Source: Eledone cirrhosa (Eukaryota). From it: a stretch of DNA of 64,000 nt. Location of the stretch: the NCBI GenBank assembly GCA_964016885.1, contig CAXHJY010000593.1, positions 154,112-218,111 of the forward strand. Reading direction: 5' to 3'. The position numbers and the translations under genes were made by a program. Of this stretch, positions 1 to 12,656 are shown in pieces. The notes under the pieces were generated by a model. The model was not told where the DNA came from, searched no databases, and saw only the letters and a list, made by a program, of their open reading frames with translations. Position 1 is the stretch's first letter. Each line of letters opens with the position of its first letter.

Positions 1-234
1 TTGAAACAGTTCACATACATTACATTTTGAAACAGTTCACATACATTACATTTTGAAACAGTTCACATACAATACATTTTGAAACAGTTCACATACATTA
101 CCTTTTGAAACAGTTCACATACAATACATTTTGAAACAGTTCACATACAATACATTTTAAAACAGTTCATATACACTATATTTTGAAACAGTTCATATAC
201 ACTGCATTTTGAAACAGTTTATATACATTGTATT
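1..234. repeat. 26-bp minisatellite, ~9 copies (TTGAAACAGTTCACATACATTACATT), probably continuing beyond the window start
   Basis: TTGAAACAGTT recurs at 1, 27, 53, 79, 105, 131 etc. with a 26-bp period; units degenerate toward 234. Confidence 0.95.
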
Positions 235-1004
235 TCCAATTTCCAATAGAATGATTAGATTCTCAGTCTGAATGGTTATGCAAGAGAAAATATGACATTT
301 TGGGCATCTTTACATGGTGTTAATAAATTTGCAAAGTTTGCTTTTTAACAATGGGTACCATGCTTGTTTCAGTCTTTAACAATATTTTATTGGTATGTAG
401 CTTTGACACTTGGCTTATTTCAAACTATTTGCAGCTTGCAGTTTCATATTATTTAGGGGTTAGAATTTTAAATATTTGAAGGCTATGGTTTTAAATTAGA
501 AGGAACCTTATTGATTTGTTCTTGTAAGTTATAGTTCTTTTATGAGTTATAGTTTGTAGGTTTCTTGTTTTCAAATTGTGCTAAGCATGCAGTAGTTTGT
601 AGGAACTATTTTTTTTTTTTTTTTTTCATTTCAACTGAAGCAGCATTGGCAGTTAAGTCAGGTAGTATTTGTTAATGTTCTCTAGCTGTCATAACAAACT
701 GTACCATTCTAACAAACCACATTGTTATAAAAATATATAAAATGTATTACTGGAATTATTTACTTATTTGTATTTTTTTGTTTTTTGTTTTTCTCTATTT
801 ATTCCCCCCCCCCCCCCCTCTCCGTTTTGTAACAAGATTGTGCAATGTTCTAGTGAACAGTAACAACAATGTCAGCATTGACAATCAGTCAATGAAATAG
901 TGTATCTCTGTATTCTGCAGTGACAACATCTATCTTTTCATTCAGCAATTATGCTATATCTTGATTTCTTCAATAACAATTTTATTCAACATTAAGGCTG
1001 CACA

Positions 1005-1038
<34 letters not shown>

Positions 1039-1067
1039 AAACATTGTAGGATTTAACAGTGATACTC

Positions 1068-1416
1068 TACTCTCGGGTCTTGAATAATTGCTCCCCTTGC
1101 TTATTCATTTTTCAGATTTTTTCCAATGCCCTGCTCTTATCTCCCCCTGCTTATTAAATTTTGCTAATCTATCTCTGGCAAAATTTTATTTTAAGTAATA
1201 ACATTCTTGTGATAATTAATTTTCTTCAGACATTAATAAACATTATATATGACAAAAAAGAACATTACAAGAAATCCCACAAGTTATAAAATAAACAGGA
1301 TGGTTTGAGGTTTCAATATGTAAATTAAATGGCTAATTCTGGTTTTTAAAAAAATGAACGGAGACAACTTAGAAAAATTATCGATCCCTCCTCCCATTAT
1401 TTGCGATCCGAGAGTA
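1068..1416 (+). mobile_element. Tc1/mariner-pogo-type MITE (family M1)
   Basis: TA-CTCTCGGGTCTTGAATAAT ... ATTATTTGCGATCCGAGAG-TA imperfect TIRs with TA TSD; body recurs at ~28132, 42979, 44465 and 61112. Confidence 0.85.
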
Positions 1417-1824
1417 CATCTCTCCATTTAGCAATGACACACCTCATCTTTCCATTCATCTGTGTCACACCACAACTCTCAACTCAATCACATATTTTTG
1501 CCTCTCCTTCCTTAAATAACATTATCAAAAACAGTTTTTAACCTTGATATCTGCCAAAACATCAACTGTGTTTGGCATGAGAATATGCTGTCAAAGTTGT
1601 TTATCTGCAATCTCCACCTCAAACTAATCATTATATTTCACATCCTTCCATTGCAGTATGTGTCGACAGAACACAGTTTGATTCCTATTCTATCAATTTG
1701 ATTCTACTCTATATCTCAGTCATTTCTTTGATACGTTTTAATAATAAATACCTAGATGCTAACAATACCTTGTCACCTCTCATTTTGTATATATAGATGT
1801 CACACACAGTCTTCAAACCTACTA

Positions 1825-2131
1825 TTAACTCTGTCTGTACCATACTTCTAATAACAAAACATTGCCTATTATTTTCAAAAATATTTTTAAATAGTAGGCA
1901 ATGTTTTTGAAAATAATCAAGAATTTGGAAAAGATTTTGTAATATAACTAACTTTCTCATTATTTATCTGCATTTGGAGCATAACTTAACATTTGGAGCA
2001 TAACATTTCTTATCTGCATTTGGAGCATAACATTTCTTACATAAAATTCTGATAGAAAGGTTTTTAGATAAATATAAACACTTTGAAAGAACCAGAGGCA
2101 GTTTCGGGAGGTTTGGTATTAAAAAGATTAA
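1825..2131 (-). mobile_element. piggyBac-type TTAA MITE (family P1), old copy
   Basis: Bounded by TTAA; body similar to copies at 19276 and 53346; internal triplication of CATTTGGAGCATAAC. Confidence 0.6.
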
Positions 2132-2331
2132 GCTAACATGTTTAATGCATTACACACAAAACCTTCACCACTTGGTCACTTTAACTGTATTATGTGTTTA
2201 TATCTTCTGCTACTATTCTAGTAACCTCTGCTCTTCTGATTTTATTAGTGCTCATATATATATATAACATTTGATGTAATTCCTTCTCTTTTCTCTCAAT
2301 TGTATACCACTTCATACATCATAAACTAAAC

Positions 2332-2751
2332 CAGGGGTGGCGAACCTTTTCATGTTGAAAGGCTGCATTAAGTTACTTGTAATATAATAAGGCTGCATTC
2401 AAGAAACCATAATTATATTTTCTAAAAATCTAATTAGTATGTATTAATTATCTAAAGCACAAAGTCAATCAGGAGTTTAATGTACATTCTAGAATCGTAT
2501 TAGAACTAAAACATGAGCGTAGAAAGTGCTGAAGTGGCCCTTATGATCTAATTTTTTAATTCTGGCTGTCTGTGTGTATTATTTTACTCTTTGGTATTTA
2601 AAATATGTTCATCTTATGGTTTAAATTAAAATAAGAGATAAGATGAAAACATATTAATAAAAATTTAGAATTTGTTGGAAATTTTTTATTCTTTCAAAAG
2701 GCTACATGGAAGGCTGCATGCAGCCTTAAGGCCACATGTTCCTCATCTCTG
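2332..2751. mobile_element. hAT (Charlie-like) MITE
   Basis: CAGGGGTGGCGAACCT left end and degenerate inverted right end ATGTTCCTCATCTCTG; 8-bp TSD AACTAAAC (2324-2331) / AGCTAAAC (2752-2759). Confidence 0.8.
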
Positions 2752-3676
2752 AGCTAAACACTTTACCTAATCCTTCTGTTTGTATACATACCCACGTTTT
2801 CCCTCCAGTTATTGTTAGTATATAGCAATTCAAAATATTAGACGAATGAGTAAACAAACATTACAAACCCTTTATTAAACAATGATTTCTTTCTTAGGCA
2901 CAAATTATACTTTGGAAGGATAAATAGCCAAACATGGCAGAGTTTGAATGCAGAATTTAATGGGAACATTTAGTCTGGTACTCTACCATTTTCCCTCTTC
3001 CACTAGAAATAAAAGAGTATCACTGCATATGCAAATACAGTGGTTATAATGCCTAGTTAAAAATTTCCTTCTGGGTTTATTAAAATGAAGTACTAGTCAA
3101 GCACTGAAGTTAATTAAATCAACTATACCACCACTGCCAAATATATTGTGACCTCATGATAGTGTTAGAATTCAATGTTTGTAATGACTGCATTTCTGAT
3201 GAAATGCACTCTAAAGCTTTTGGGAGACTTTTACAATTACACATGTCTTTTGCCAGTATGCAATCCTCAATCAGTTAAAAGAATAATTTCCAACTATGTT
3301 GAATGCCATATTAATTTAAAACTCATCAAAAACTATACAAAAGAGAAATTTTACCTTAAAGTGAGAGGGGAGGGGGTGAAAGAGAGAGAAATAAAATGAA
3401 AAATTTATTTTATTTAATCTTATTCAAATAAAGTTAAATTATTTTTTTATTTTCAAAATTCATTATTTTGTATAGGCACCATGAAATAGAAAAAAATAGT
3501 ATTATTTTACCTTGTAACATTACCTCTTGTAACCCACATGCCAAATATACTCCCAAAATTACCCATCATATGACAGATGAATGAAAGGTTAATCTCAAAT
3601 TCAGAAATAAAATGTACTGCACACTTCTTGGTCTTAATGTAGCCTAGTGTAGCCATGCCATTGAATCATTCTAGTA

Positions 3677-4010
3677 CAGTGGAACTTTGGTTCATAAACA
3701 CCTCTTATCACAAACATCACAAACAATTTTTCCAAAAATAAGATGGCTTGGCTGATGAATGGTGTCTTGTGTAACAAACAGGCAAGCTGGCAGCAATGGT
3801 TGATAGCAAGCTGGAGTATCGGTGGAAAAGTGTCACTTGCTGTGTAGTTAGTTACTATGGTGATGTCTATCTGTCTTTCACACACAGTCTCTCTCTCACT
3901 ATATTTCTCTCCCAATATTTTGTATGGGAAAAATAGTTTCAGTTTATGAACATTTCGGGTAATGAACGGCCTTCAGGCACGAATTAATTTCTGTAATTGG
4001 TGTTCCACTG
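3677..4010. mobile_element. Tigger/pogo-type MITE
   Basis: TA-CAGTGGAAC ... GTTCCACTG-TA terminal inverted repeats with TA TSD. Confidence 0.85.
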
Positions 4011-4872
4011 TACTTTGAAACTAGTTTCTATTGGTGAGCATAGAAAGAATGTTGCTAGTAAGGTAGAACATCTGTGCTAGTTGGTTATAAGGTCTGGATT
4101 AGTGGTGGGTGTGGTATCAGGATGTGTGAATACAGCAGAGTTTGTTAACTAATGTTTTTATACATATTTATCTAAACACTCAAACACATTGCTGTATGTT
4201 ATGAAAGCTTGTTTTTAATACTAATACAACTAAAAAGCTTTTCTTGAAATTTTTGTTTATTTTATATAATCATCAACATCATTACAACTACCATCACAGC
4301 AGTTAAATCACCATCATATTCTACTACATTAATTACTGTCTTTAAAAAGAATAATTTTAGATACGCTATATCTGAAAAAAAAGCTTTGTGGGGCTGACCT
4401 GAGTGCCAAATAGCAACCCTCAACTAAATCTTTCTCTATGTGTATCAGAATATATCATCATCAACAATGTCCTGTATGTTGTTTTACTCATGCGAGCATC
4501 AATATGTTTATTTAATCAGTTTTGAGATTTTCCAACTCTTAATCAGTTTCAAATCCTATGTCTGAAATGGAATAAATTATTCTCAACTACAGTATTTCAG
4601 ACCTTTTGTGGCCCTTAAAAACTGGTAATGATCATCAGTGTTTCAAATGTAGAAAAGATGCCAATACATGAATGAAATATTGATTTTGAACACAGACTAG
4701 ATAAGTGGATGTACTCACTTATATTGACCCTCTCCTCTCCTCACTTATGTTGACTGATTCTAAAATCAATGTATAAATCAAATATAAGCACATTAAATAT
4801 CCTGCTGCTATTTAATATAGATCTCTGACATGAACCAATGTTGAAATAAGAGGACTTCTGTCATTGCTTGCA

Positions 4873-5213
4873 TCATCATAGTCCCCTTCCTTGGTCACGA
4901 ATGACTATGGTTTTGCACCTGGAAGGTTTCCCTCCATAGCACAAACTTGGGCAATGTGTGTTTGTGGAAGACCAATAGTCGCCCATGCATACCAGTCTCC
5001 CCTCTCCATGTCAGTAATGTTGTCCAAGGGAAAGGCAATGACCAATACAGCTTGGCATCATTGACATAACTCATTTCTACAGCTGAGTGAACTGGAGCAA
5101 TGTGAAATAAAGTGTTTTACTCAAGAACACAATGCATCACTCGGTCTGGGATTTGAACTCACAACCTTACAATTGTGAGCTAAGTTCTCTAACCACTAAG
5201 CCACGTGCCTTCA
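4873..5213 (-). mobile_element. tRNA-derived CORE-like SINE, tail type A2
   Basis: Minus strand: TGGCTTAGTGG A box, GAGTTCAAATCCC B box, CORE-like TGTGTTCTTGAGTAAAACACTTTATTTCACATTGCTCC, a tail unlike the other copies, ending in (ATG)n. Confidence 0.85.
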
Positions 5214-5494
5214 TAAAGTTAACATAAAAGTAAAATGGCTGAATAGATAAGATATTGAGTTCAAGTATAGTATCCATCAACAAGAAAGACACCCAATTAT
5301 TCGTACAATCAGGCCACTTAGCAAAGTTTCTATAATTTTAGTGACTGATATCTGTTTATAGGAAACTTTCTTAACTGAACTGAAACATCCTTTTAATTCA
5401 TTTGATAATAGTAAATTCAGAACATCAACTTCTCAAGGAAACTGGACACATGTACTGGTTTCTTTCATAGTCATAAGATGGAATTTTGTAAGGA

Positions 5495-5727
5495 ATGGTT
5501 ATAGAATGTCTCAGGAAAAAAATCACCGGACAGATTTCATGGGCAAAACCAACTGGCAGGAGAACCAGTGGTAGACCCCAAGCAAGATGGTTGGATAACA
5601 TCCATGAGCTCGGCTAGTCTTGCTTGGGGATCAAGCTGGATCAGTTGGAAATGGTTGCTTTTGACTGCTGGAAGGAGTGTTTGAGGACTCTGTCCCCATG
5701 GTCCTCTCAGGAATAAGTGGGCAAAGA
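5495..5727 (+). mobile_element. RTE-clade (Expander/Rex3-like) LINE 3' fragment
   Basis: Frameshifted translation gives AKPTGRR..GRPQARWLDNIHEL..LGIKLDQLEMVA, an RTE ORF C-terminus; homologous copies at 19465 and ~54920. Confidence 0.7.
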
Positions 5728-5782
5728 CAGTTATAGATAATTCAATGAACCCCAGTATGTTACCTCTACTTAATTTGTTGGA

Positions 5783-5932
5783 CAGAGCTAGCCTCAGAAG
5801 GTGTGGGGCCCAGTTGGGTGTTACATTTATATTGCAGTATGTTGTTGTGTGTACTTGGCAAGCCAAGAGTAGATTACTCTAGTGCAGGACCCTCCTTAGG
5901 TATAAGGTCCAATTGGCTTAAGTCTGGCCCTG
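5783..5932. mobile_element. short hAT (Tip100-like) MITE
   Basis: CAGAGCTAGCC ... GTCTGGCCCTG degenerate TIRs; 8-bp flanks TTGTTGGA / ATATTGGA (6/8 identical). Confidence 0.55.
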
Positions 5933-6167
5933 ATATTGGATCTAAAAAGAGAAATGATAAAGATGACTTTGGTGGGATTCAAATACAACTTATGTAGTAG
6001 ATATAAAGATGTTACCCATCTCTTTTTTTTTTCTAAATCAGCAATATGGAAATTCTTATCAATGAAGATTTGGGCCTGTAGTGTAAAACCAAGTTCTTTG
6101 TTCAATCTAAAGTTCATCAACTAAGCACTTATAATTTTATGATTTAAATATACAGCCTACTTACTCC

Positions 6168-6198
<31 letters not shown>

Positions 6199-8629
6199 AG
6201 TTTTTTCTCCTCCCATTGCTCTCTCAATGTTTCCTCTCTTCCCACTTCTCTCACTCTCTCTCTCCTCTCTCTCCCAGTCTCAAATGTTTAATATATACAT
6301 CTGTACTTCCTTCCATCTATTACCTCTGTCCTCCTTATACTTAAAGAACATTGATCTATCCCCTGCTCAATCTCAGCTGCCCTCCTACAGATAATATTTC
6401 CAGTACTGCTGCAGCAGTAGCAGCTGCAAATACTGCAACTAGGGAAGAATAAAAAATTATGACTGACAACAATTAGATTTTTGTATGCAACGAATATTTT
6501 GTAGGAATTATAATTAGTTCTTTCAAACCCTTTACCCCTTTCACCGCATTTTTAACTTAGATCAATCTATTAGCCTCAGGTAACATTCTTGCCTCTATAA
6601 TTTAATGGGAACTGTGCAATTATGTTCACTGTTCTTCTACTTACATTCAAAAGACAGTTTGGGCTCCTTCTGTGTGTGTATGTGTATGTGTGTATGAAAA
6701 AAGAGTTTTGTAAATTAAAGTCTTTTCACTTTTTGTATGTATATTATAATTCTTTTGGGTCTTTTTTTTTGTCTTGGAGAGTGTATATTTATGTTTTTTC
6801 TCTCTTCACTTTTAGTTCTCATCTGATGTAATTTAATTTAGGAGCTCATTCTAGTTGTTTATTCATGAAATATTTTAAATCAAATAATGCATTATTATTT
6901 ACTTTTTGTTTTAAAATTATGACATTCTTTAATTTATATTTTTATTATTTACTTGCATGTCAGTATCTTAGTTTTTAGCCATTTTTATTTTATTTTTCTT
7001 CTTTAGGTTGCTATGCCAACTATTGTGAATGTACCTACTGTTAACTGAAATTTATTGTATTTATTTTTTTCCCAAATCAATATATCTAATTGGAAAACTA
7101 AAAATTATTATTATTAGCATCAATAACAGTAGTAGTAGTAATTCATCATTTAAGTATACATAGTCTTCTAAAACCCTAAGATAAAATAGGTTAGTGGCTA
7201 AACATTTCTATTTTAAATTTTATTAATACACTATTTCCTGAGATTGTTCAATATATCTTAAGAGTAATAGCCCTTATTCTATTGCTTGGAACAAGACATC
7301 TGAATCAGTATACTATAATTGAAGATTCTATCATTTTGTGAACATGTCTAGACATTTGCCTTGTCTTTTTACTTTAGTGTATCAAAGAATGACAATGTAT
7401 GGAGAAACAACTTTTCTTTAGAAGGAATATTTACATCTTTGTTGTAAAGTTTCCTATGTAAATAACTATCTGTCATTTTTTATGATAGAGAAAATTTAGT
7501 TTCAATGTGGTAGAGGGTTTTCTCAGATATGCCATCCATTTGCTGCACAAGTTTATATCATGATTGGTTTAGAAGTACTGTTCCTCATTAGCAATTATTA
7601 AGCTTTCCATCTCTTCCTTTTAAATGTAATACTATCTTCTCAATTGATGTTTGTTTTTCTGTATACTTTGTTAGTATTTCTGTTTATGCTAAATATTTTC
7701 TTACTCTTATTTTCTAATGAGTGTAGAAACTTTAGTTTTATCATGTATTTTTTTTGCTTTTGTATATGTGGGGGGTCTTTAGTAACAAGACTTGATTTCT
7801 TTTGTAACAAAATGTATAAAGCAACTGTGTAAAATCTCTGTTTATATTTTGTCTCTTGTTATTTTAATGCAATGTGTTTAGCATTTGAGTGATATAATCT
7901 GAATATTGTGTCATTGTTTTTCTGTCTATCTCTACCCTCCAGATATATAGCTTCCAATATATTACATTGAGGTCACTGGCTACTGCTGCGACTTACACAC
8001 TGTTAATAACTTCCTTTCTTTTTTTTTAACTCTTATTTGCTGTTTAGAATTATTCTGAGCTGTCTGATGAAATGAATTCCTTTCAGATCATCACTTTCTT
8101 TGTGACATATAATATTTGATCTTTGTTGATATTCAGAATATCTATAATTCAGATATTTATATATACTACACACCCTATATTTCCTTTTGTTCTTGTATTG
8201 TTTTCATTCTGCATTGAGCAGAAAGTTACCATTGCATATTTGTCAATACCAAACTCTAGAAATATATATATATATATCAGAGCTATAAATATTTTCAAAC
8301 TGTATTTCAGATATGTCATATATTGTGATATCATCCATGTAAAGTAACTTATCTAATGTATTTAGCTACTGTCTCTAAATTTTGACTGAATTCCAGAGGG
8401 CCAAGCTGAATATAACAATATATCAATTTGTGAGAATCTCTTTGAAATGTTCTACTCTTGATGTTGCTGATTTCAATTGTTAATGTCACTATACTCAACA
8501 ATCAGTATAAACATCTTCAAATGGTTGAGGATTTATGAATGAGATATGTTACTCTCAATTTTGTTTTTTTATATAATCCCACCAAATTTTATTTTGATAT
8601 GTTTTATTTATTATTGCTATTGTGGTATC

Positions 8630-8760
8630 AAAGGTGGTGAATTGGCAGAGTCATTAGAACTTAGGATAGAGAGCTCTGTGAGTTCAAAACCCGCTGAGGT
8701 CAACTTTGTCTTTCATTCATTCAAGGTCATTAAAGAAGCACCAGTCAAGTACAGGGGCGA
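8630..8760 (+). mobile_element. tRNA-derived SINE family B, degenerate
   Basis: TTGGCAGAGTCATTAG..GAGTTCAAAACCCGCTGAGGTCAACTTTGTCTTTCATTC, homologous to the young copies at 37077 and 61907. Confidence 0.7.
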
Positions 8761-9414
8761 TTCTTCCTCTATATCTCTTTCTCATTAATAATCTCTCACT
8801 CTCTATCCTTCCCTGTAAGAAATCTGCTATATTCAGACCTGGAGGGGATTGTGCTCCACCAGGATTTAAAATGTCCTAGAAATGTCATATGTGAATGCAA
8901 CACCCCTATGACTTCCTCAAGAGTTAGAGGACCATGTATGTATGCATTGTGGTATCTAGTTATCAATAAAATCAATGAAAAAGTTACTGATCAAGTACTA
9001 GACTTGGTACAATTGACTGTATTATGTATGTATCATCATTGACTGTATTATCATTGTTTTTCACTTAGTATGTCTTCTGCCATTTACGTTCAATCAGCTA
9101 CTTAAAGGGACTAAAAAAAGGAACACTGACATCACATCACTGTCATTCCTTTCAACATTACTCTGTTGACTAAACAAGAGAAAAGACTTACAGTTTTCTA
9201 ATACAGTTTTATTTGAAGTCATATGGCATTTAATGGAACATATGAACAAGATGTGGTTGTCTGACATGTCCTGTCTCGGACTGTGATGGGTGACCTATCC
9301 AACCCATGCTGGCATAAAAAAAACAGACATATAATGATGAAAATGTAGCTCTGATGTGAATTTATTTACTTTTATATATATTGACAGATTTTTTTAACTT
9401 ATTAATTGGAAGAG

Positions 9415-9545
9415 TTGTTGGTGACTGAATGATTTATGGTACTTGTTCCAGCTGCCTATTCTATTTCAAATCCTGTTGGGGTTAACTTTGCCTTTCATGC
9501 TTTCAGGGTCAATAAATAAAGTACCAGTCTACTACTAGGGGTTGA
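9415..9545 (+). mobile_element. tRNA-derived SINE family B, degenerate
   Basis: TTCAAATCCTGTTGGGGTTAACTTTGCCTTTCATGCTTTCAGGGTCAATAAATAAAGTACCAG central motif. Confidence 0.65.
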
Positions 9546-10619
9546 TTGTTCTCTTTTTCTCTGGAAGAGAAAAAATGGGCACTGCTCAGACCTGGTGAAG
9601 GATGAGCTCTGCCAGGTTTAGATGCCTAAGGTGTGTGTGCCATATATCACAATGAAGCTTGTACGACTCAACTTCATTTGATGTTGAGGAACCAAGGCAA
9701 GACAGGGATAGGATTGACAGGAGGTAGAGAATCAAAAGTTGTGACCGGTCTGTAATTTGTGGAGTTTTGTTTTTTTTAATTTGATTTGCTAATATTAGAA
9801 TATTTACAGTCTTTGTTAGCTTTTTCAGTATATTAGAGACTCTGTTTATTATCTTATTAAACCTTTGGGCAACATTAGCATGTAAGGAATGTAGGCTTTT
9901 TATTCATATATTTAGTTATTTATTTATTTAATCTATTCCAGTTTCCAACTCACCCACGCCCATATCTACCACTTTCATGACTATATTAACCTCCTCTGTG
10001 TAATGTTTGTCACAGTGTTGTTTATGATATTTGTTTTATTTTCTATTCCCTCACCCCCGCCCTGAAGTCTTTCTGTAAAATTATAATATTTCTTATTCCA
10101 TAAGAATTATTTTCTAATTGTATTGTTTATTTGACTATAGTGTCTTTTCAAGATGTTTCATTTTTTACCCTTCTATTCTATTCTCAAACCACTTCACTCT
10201 TTTGTTTGACTTTGTCTTTATTCTATAGAATAAGATTTTCTTTTAAGTTCATATTCATCCTCAAGTTTTGTTTTATGTATAGTGATGCTTTTTTTTCTAA
10301 TTATTTTTTTCTGGTGAATATTTATTCTAGATTTTCTATATAAATAGCTTTATCTTTTCTTGTTTTTATTGATTTCTTTAAAACTTTTTTCTTTCATAGC
10401 AGGTTCTATTTTTGTTTTTGTTGATTTCACCACCAGCTGATTCTGTTAATAAATATATTATTGCATAAATTAGTTGATTTACATTAGTTATATTTGACAT
10501 TTTTGCTTTATTATTCCTTTTCATGTTAGCATATTTCTTTAAAGTTTTATCTATCATATTGTTTGATACTTTCATACTGTGTATGTCTGGTTTAAAATAG
10601 GTTCACTGTATCTTTGCAT

Positions 10620-11815
10620 GTTGAAAAAGGTGACTAAAAGAGTTGGCACCAGGAAGGGCATCCAGCCATAAAACAATGCCTCGAAAAAGGACTTCATGAC
10701 AAGTATAACAACATATGGGCATGGTGGGGAACCCAATCAAAACAAAGGAGGTGTTCACTTCATTTATGATGGCCAAATGCTTGATGTTCTTTGTAGAGAC
10801 TGGCATATGAGGTTTGGGACATTGAATATTGGGACGATGACAGGGACATTAGGTGAAGATAAGAATAGTGAAAATGTTAGAAGAAAAATGTTGGTGTCTT
10901 GATTTCTGTAAAGTTTACTGCGGGAGTTGTGGTACAACTTGGTGTTAAGAGCAGAGAATATTAATAGGTGGAAAGAATGCATATGTAAAGGTGAATGCTG
11001 GAATGCATATGTAAAGGTGAATACTGGAAAGACAGAGCTGATGACAAGATTTGGTGAACTGGAAAGAACAGGAAAGAGGCCATAGTCAGGATGTTGAAGT
11101 GAACTCCATTAAATATATGATATGCACTGGGTGGATATATAAAAAAATGTAGTGGTGTGAAGGAATTATTAAATCATATGGTAGTTATGTTTAAGTGTGT
11201 ATAAAAGAAACTACAGATGGTGAGGATGTTGAGCTAGATCTTGGGAATGGTGTGATGGAAGATGTAAATATGTTTTTTGTGGGTTTTTTTGCCTTGAAGA
11301 CATGTTGAATAGAGAGGGTTGATCAAACTCTGCGACAACATCTATAATGAGATGTGCATGAGGAAAGTACCAGGAACTGAGTGGTGTGATAATGAAGAGG
11401 GCAGTGTTGCTGAAACTGAAGAGAAAGGTGTAGGCTACATGTATGAGAAGTGTCATGATTTATGGGAGTGAGGCATGGGTGAGGAACATGGAACAACACA
11501 GAACAGAAATGAACAGAAATGAGAATGGTCTGGTGGATGAGGGGAGTATCACTGATAGAGAGGAAGGCAGACAATGAATTACAGAGGATGATGGGAATAG
11601 GGCCAATGATGAATGTTGTGAACAGAAATGGAATAAGATGGTTGGGTCATGTGTTGGGGGAAGATAAAAGTGACTGGGTGAGAGGAGAAATGGAAATGAA
11701 TGTGTAAAGAAGTAGAGGAAGCGAAAGACCTAGCTAAAATTGATGGAGAAGGAATTGAAATCCAATTGAGTGGGGATGCAGAGAAGCTCGACATGCAACC
11801 ATGCAACCCCCATAA
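10620..11815 (+). mobile_element. old, internally deleted RTE-clade LINE (endonuclease N-terminus plus RT C-terminal region)
   Basis: RFGTLNIGTMTG (APE endonuclease start, ~10810); NSIKYMICTGWIYKKCSGVK (~11100); RSVMIYGSEAW; EMRMVWWMRGVSL..RWLGHVL (11519-11707). Many stops and frameshifts. Confidence 0.8.
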
Positions 11816-12064
11816 GATTACCTTTTGCTTTATTAGGGAAAATGGCCTTAAACACTTGTTCTGTTGTATTATACTTTCCTTCTAGTTTTAAATATTATAC
11901 ATTTTCTTTGAATTTTAATTTTCTTTTGTGTGTATAGAAGACATACAGCCTCATATTTAATGTTATACAATAATTTCTCCTAAATATGTTTATACTTTTA
12001 ATTATTGCCACATATCACTTTTCCTTCATAAACTCTTATTGTGGTTCTGTTTGGTTGTAATGTG

Positions 12065-12406
12065 ATCATCATCATCATCATCATTTTACGTCCACTTTTT
12101 CCCTGCTTGCAAGGGTGGGACAGGAACTGATTCTGGCTTGATTTCTACAGCTGGATGCCCTTCCTAACACCAACCTCATTTACAGTGAGTGCTGGGTGCT
12201 TTTTTGCCATGGCACCTCCGCAACCACTTTGCAGTGGAATGATATGGACCCCAGTCCTATCATCTCATTTCTACAGCTGAGTAAACTGGAGCAATTAGAA
12301 ATAAAGTGTCTTGATCAAGGAAACAACACATCACCAGGTCTGAGAATTGAACTCACAACCTTTCGATTGCAAGGCCAATGCTCTAACCACTAAGCCATGT
12401 GCCTCC
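12065..12406 (-). mobile_element. young tRNA/CORE-like SINE with RTE-derived tail (type A1)
   Basis: Minus strand GGAGGCACATGGCTTAGTGGTTAGAGC head, B box GAGTTCAATTCTC, CORE-like block, tail matching the RTE 3'UTR at 14110-14370, (ATG)n end; near-identical to 38723, 45676 and 49332. Confidence 0.92.
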
Positions 12407-12656
12407 ATCTGTAATAGAATTATCTCATAGCAAACTATTAGACTACAAATATACAGCATAAATTGTATGCTTTCCCATAGTTTTAATGTTTAGTTTAGCA
12501 GTGAAGAATATTCCTGATAACATTGAAGTGCTTGAATTTTGCCTTGTTCTATCTAAAATCATTGATGTTGTTTATATATTTAACAGAACTTGAGGATTTG
12601 CTTTTTTTTTGCTTTTTTCATTACTATAGTTGTCTCTCTTAGTTATTTATTTACAG

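Noticed and set aside
1-234. CRISPR-like repeat (contains TTGAAAC)
   Set aside because: Head-to-tail 26-bp tandem with no spacers.
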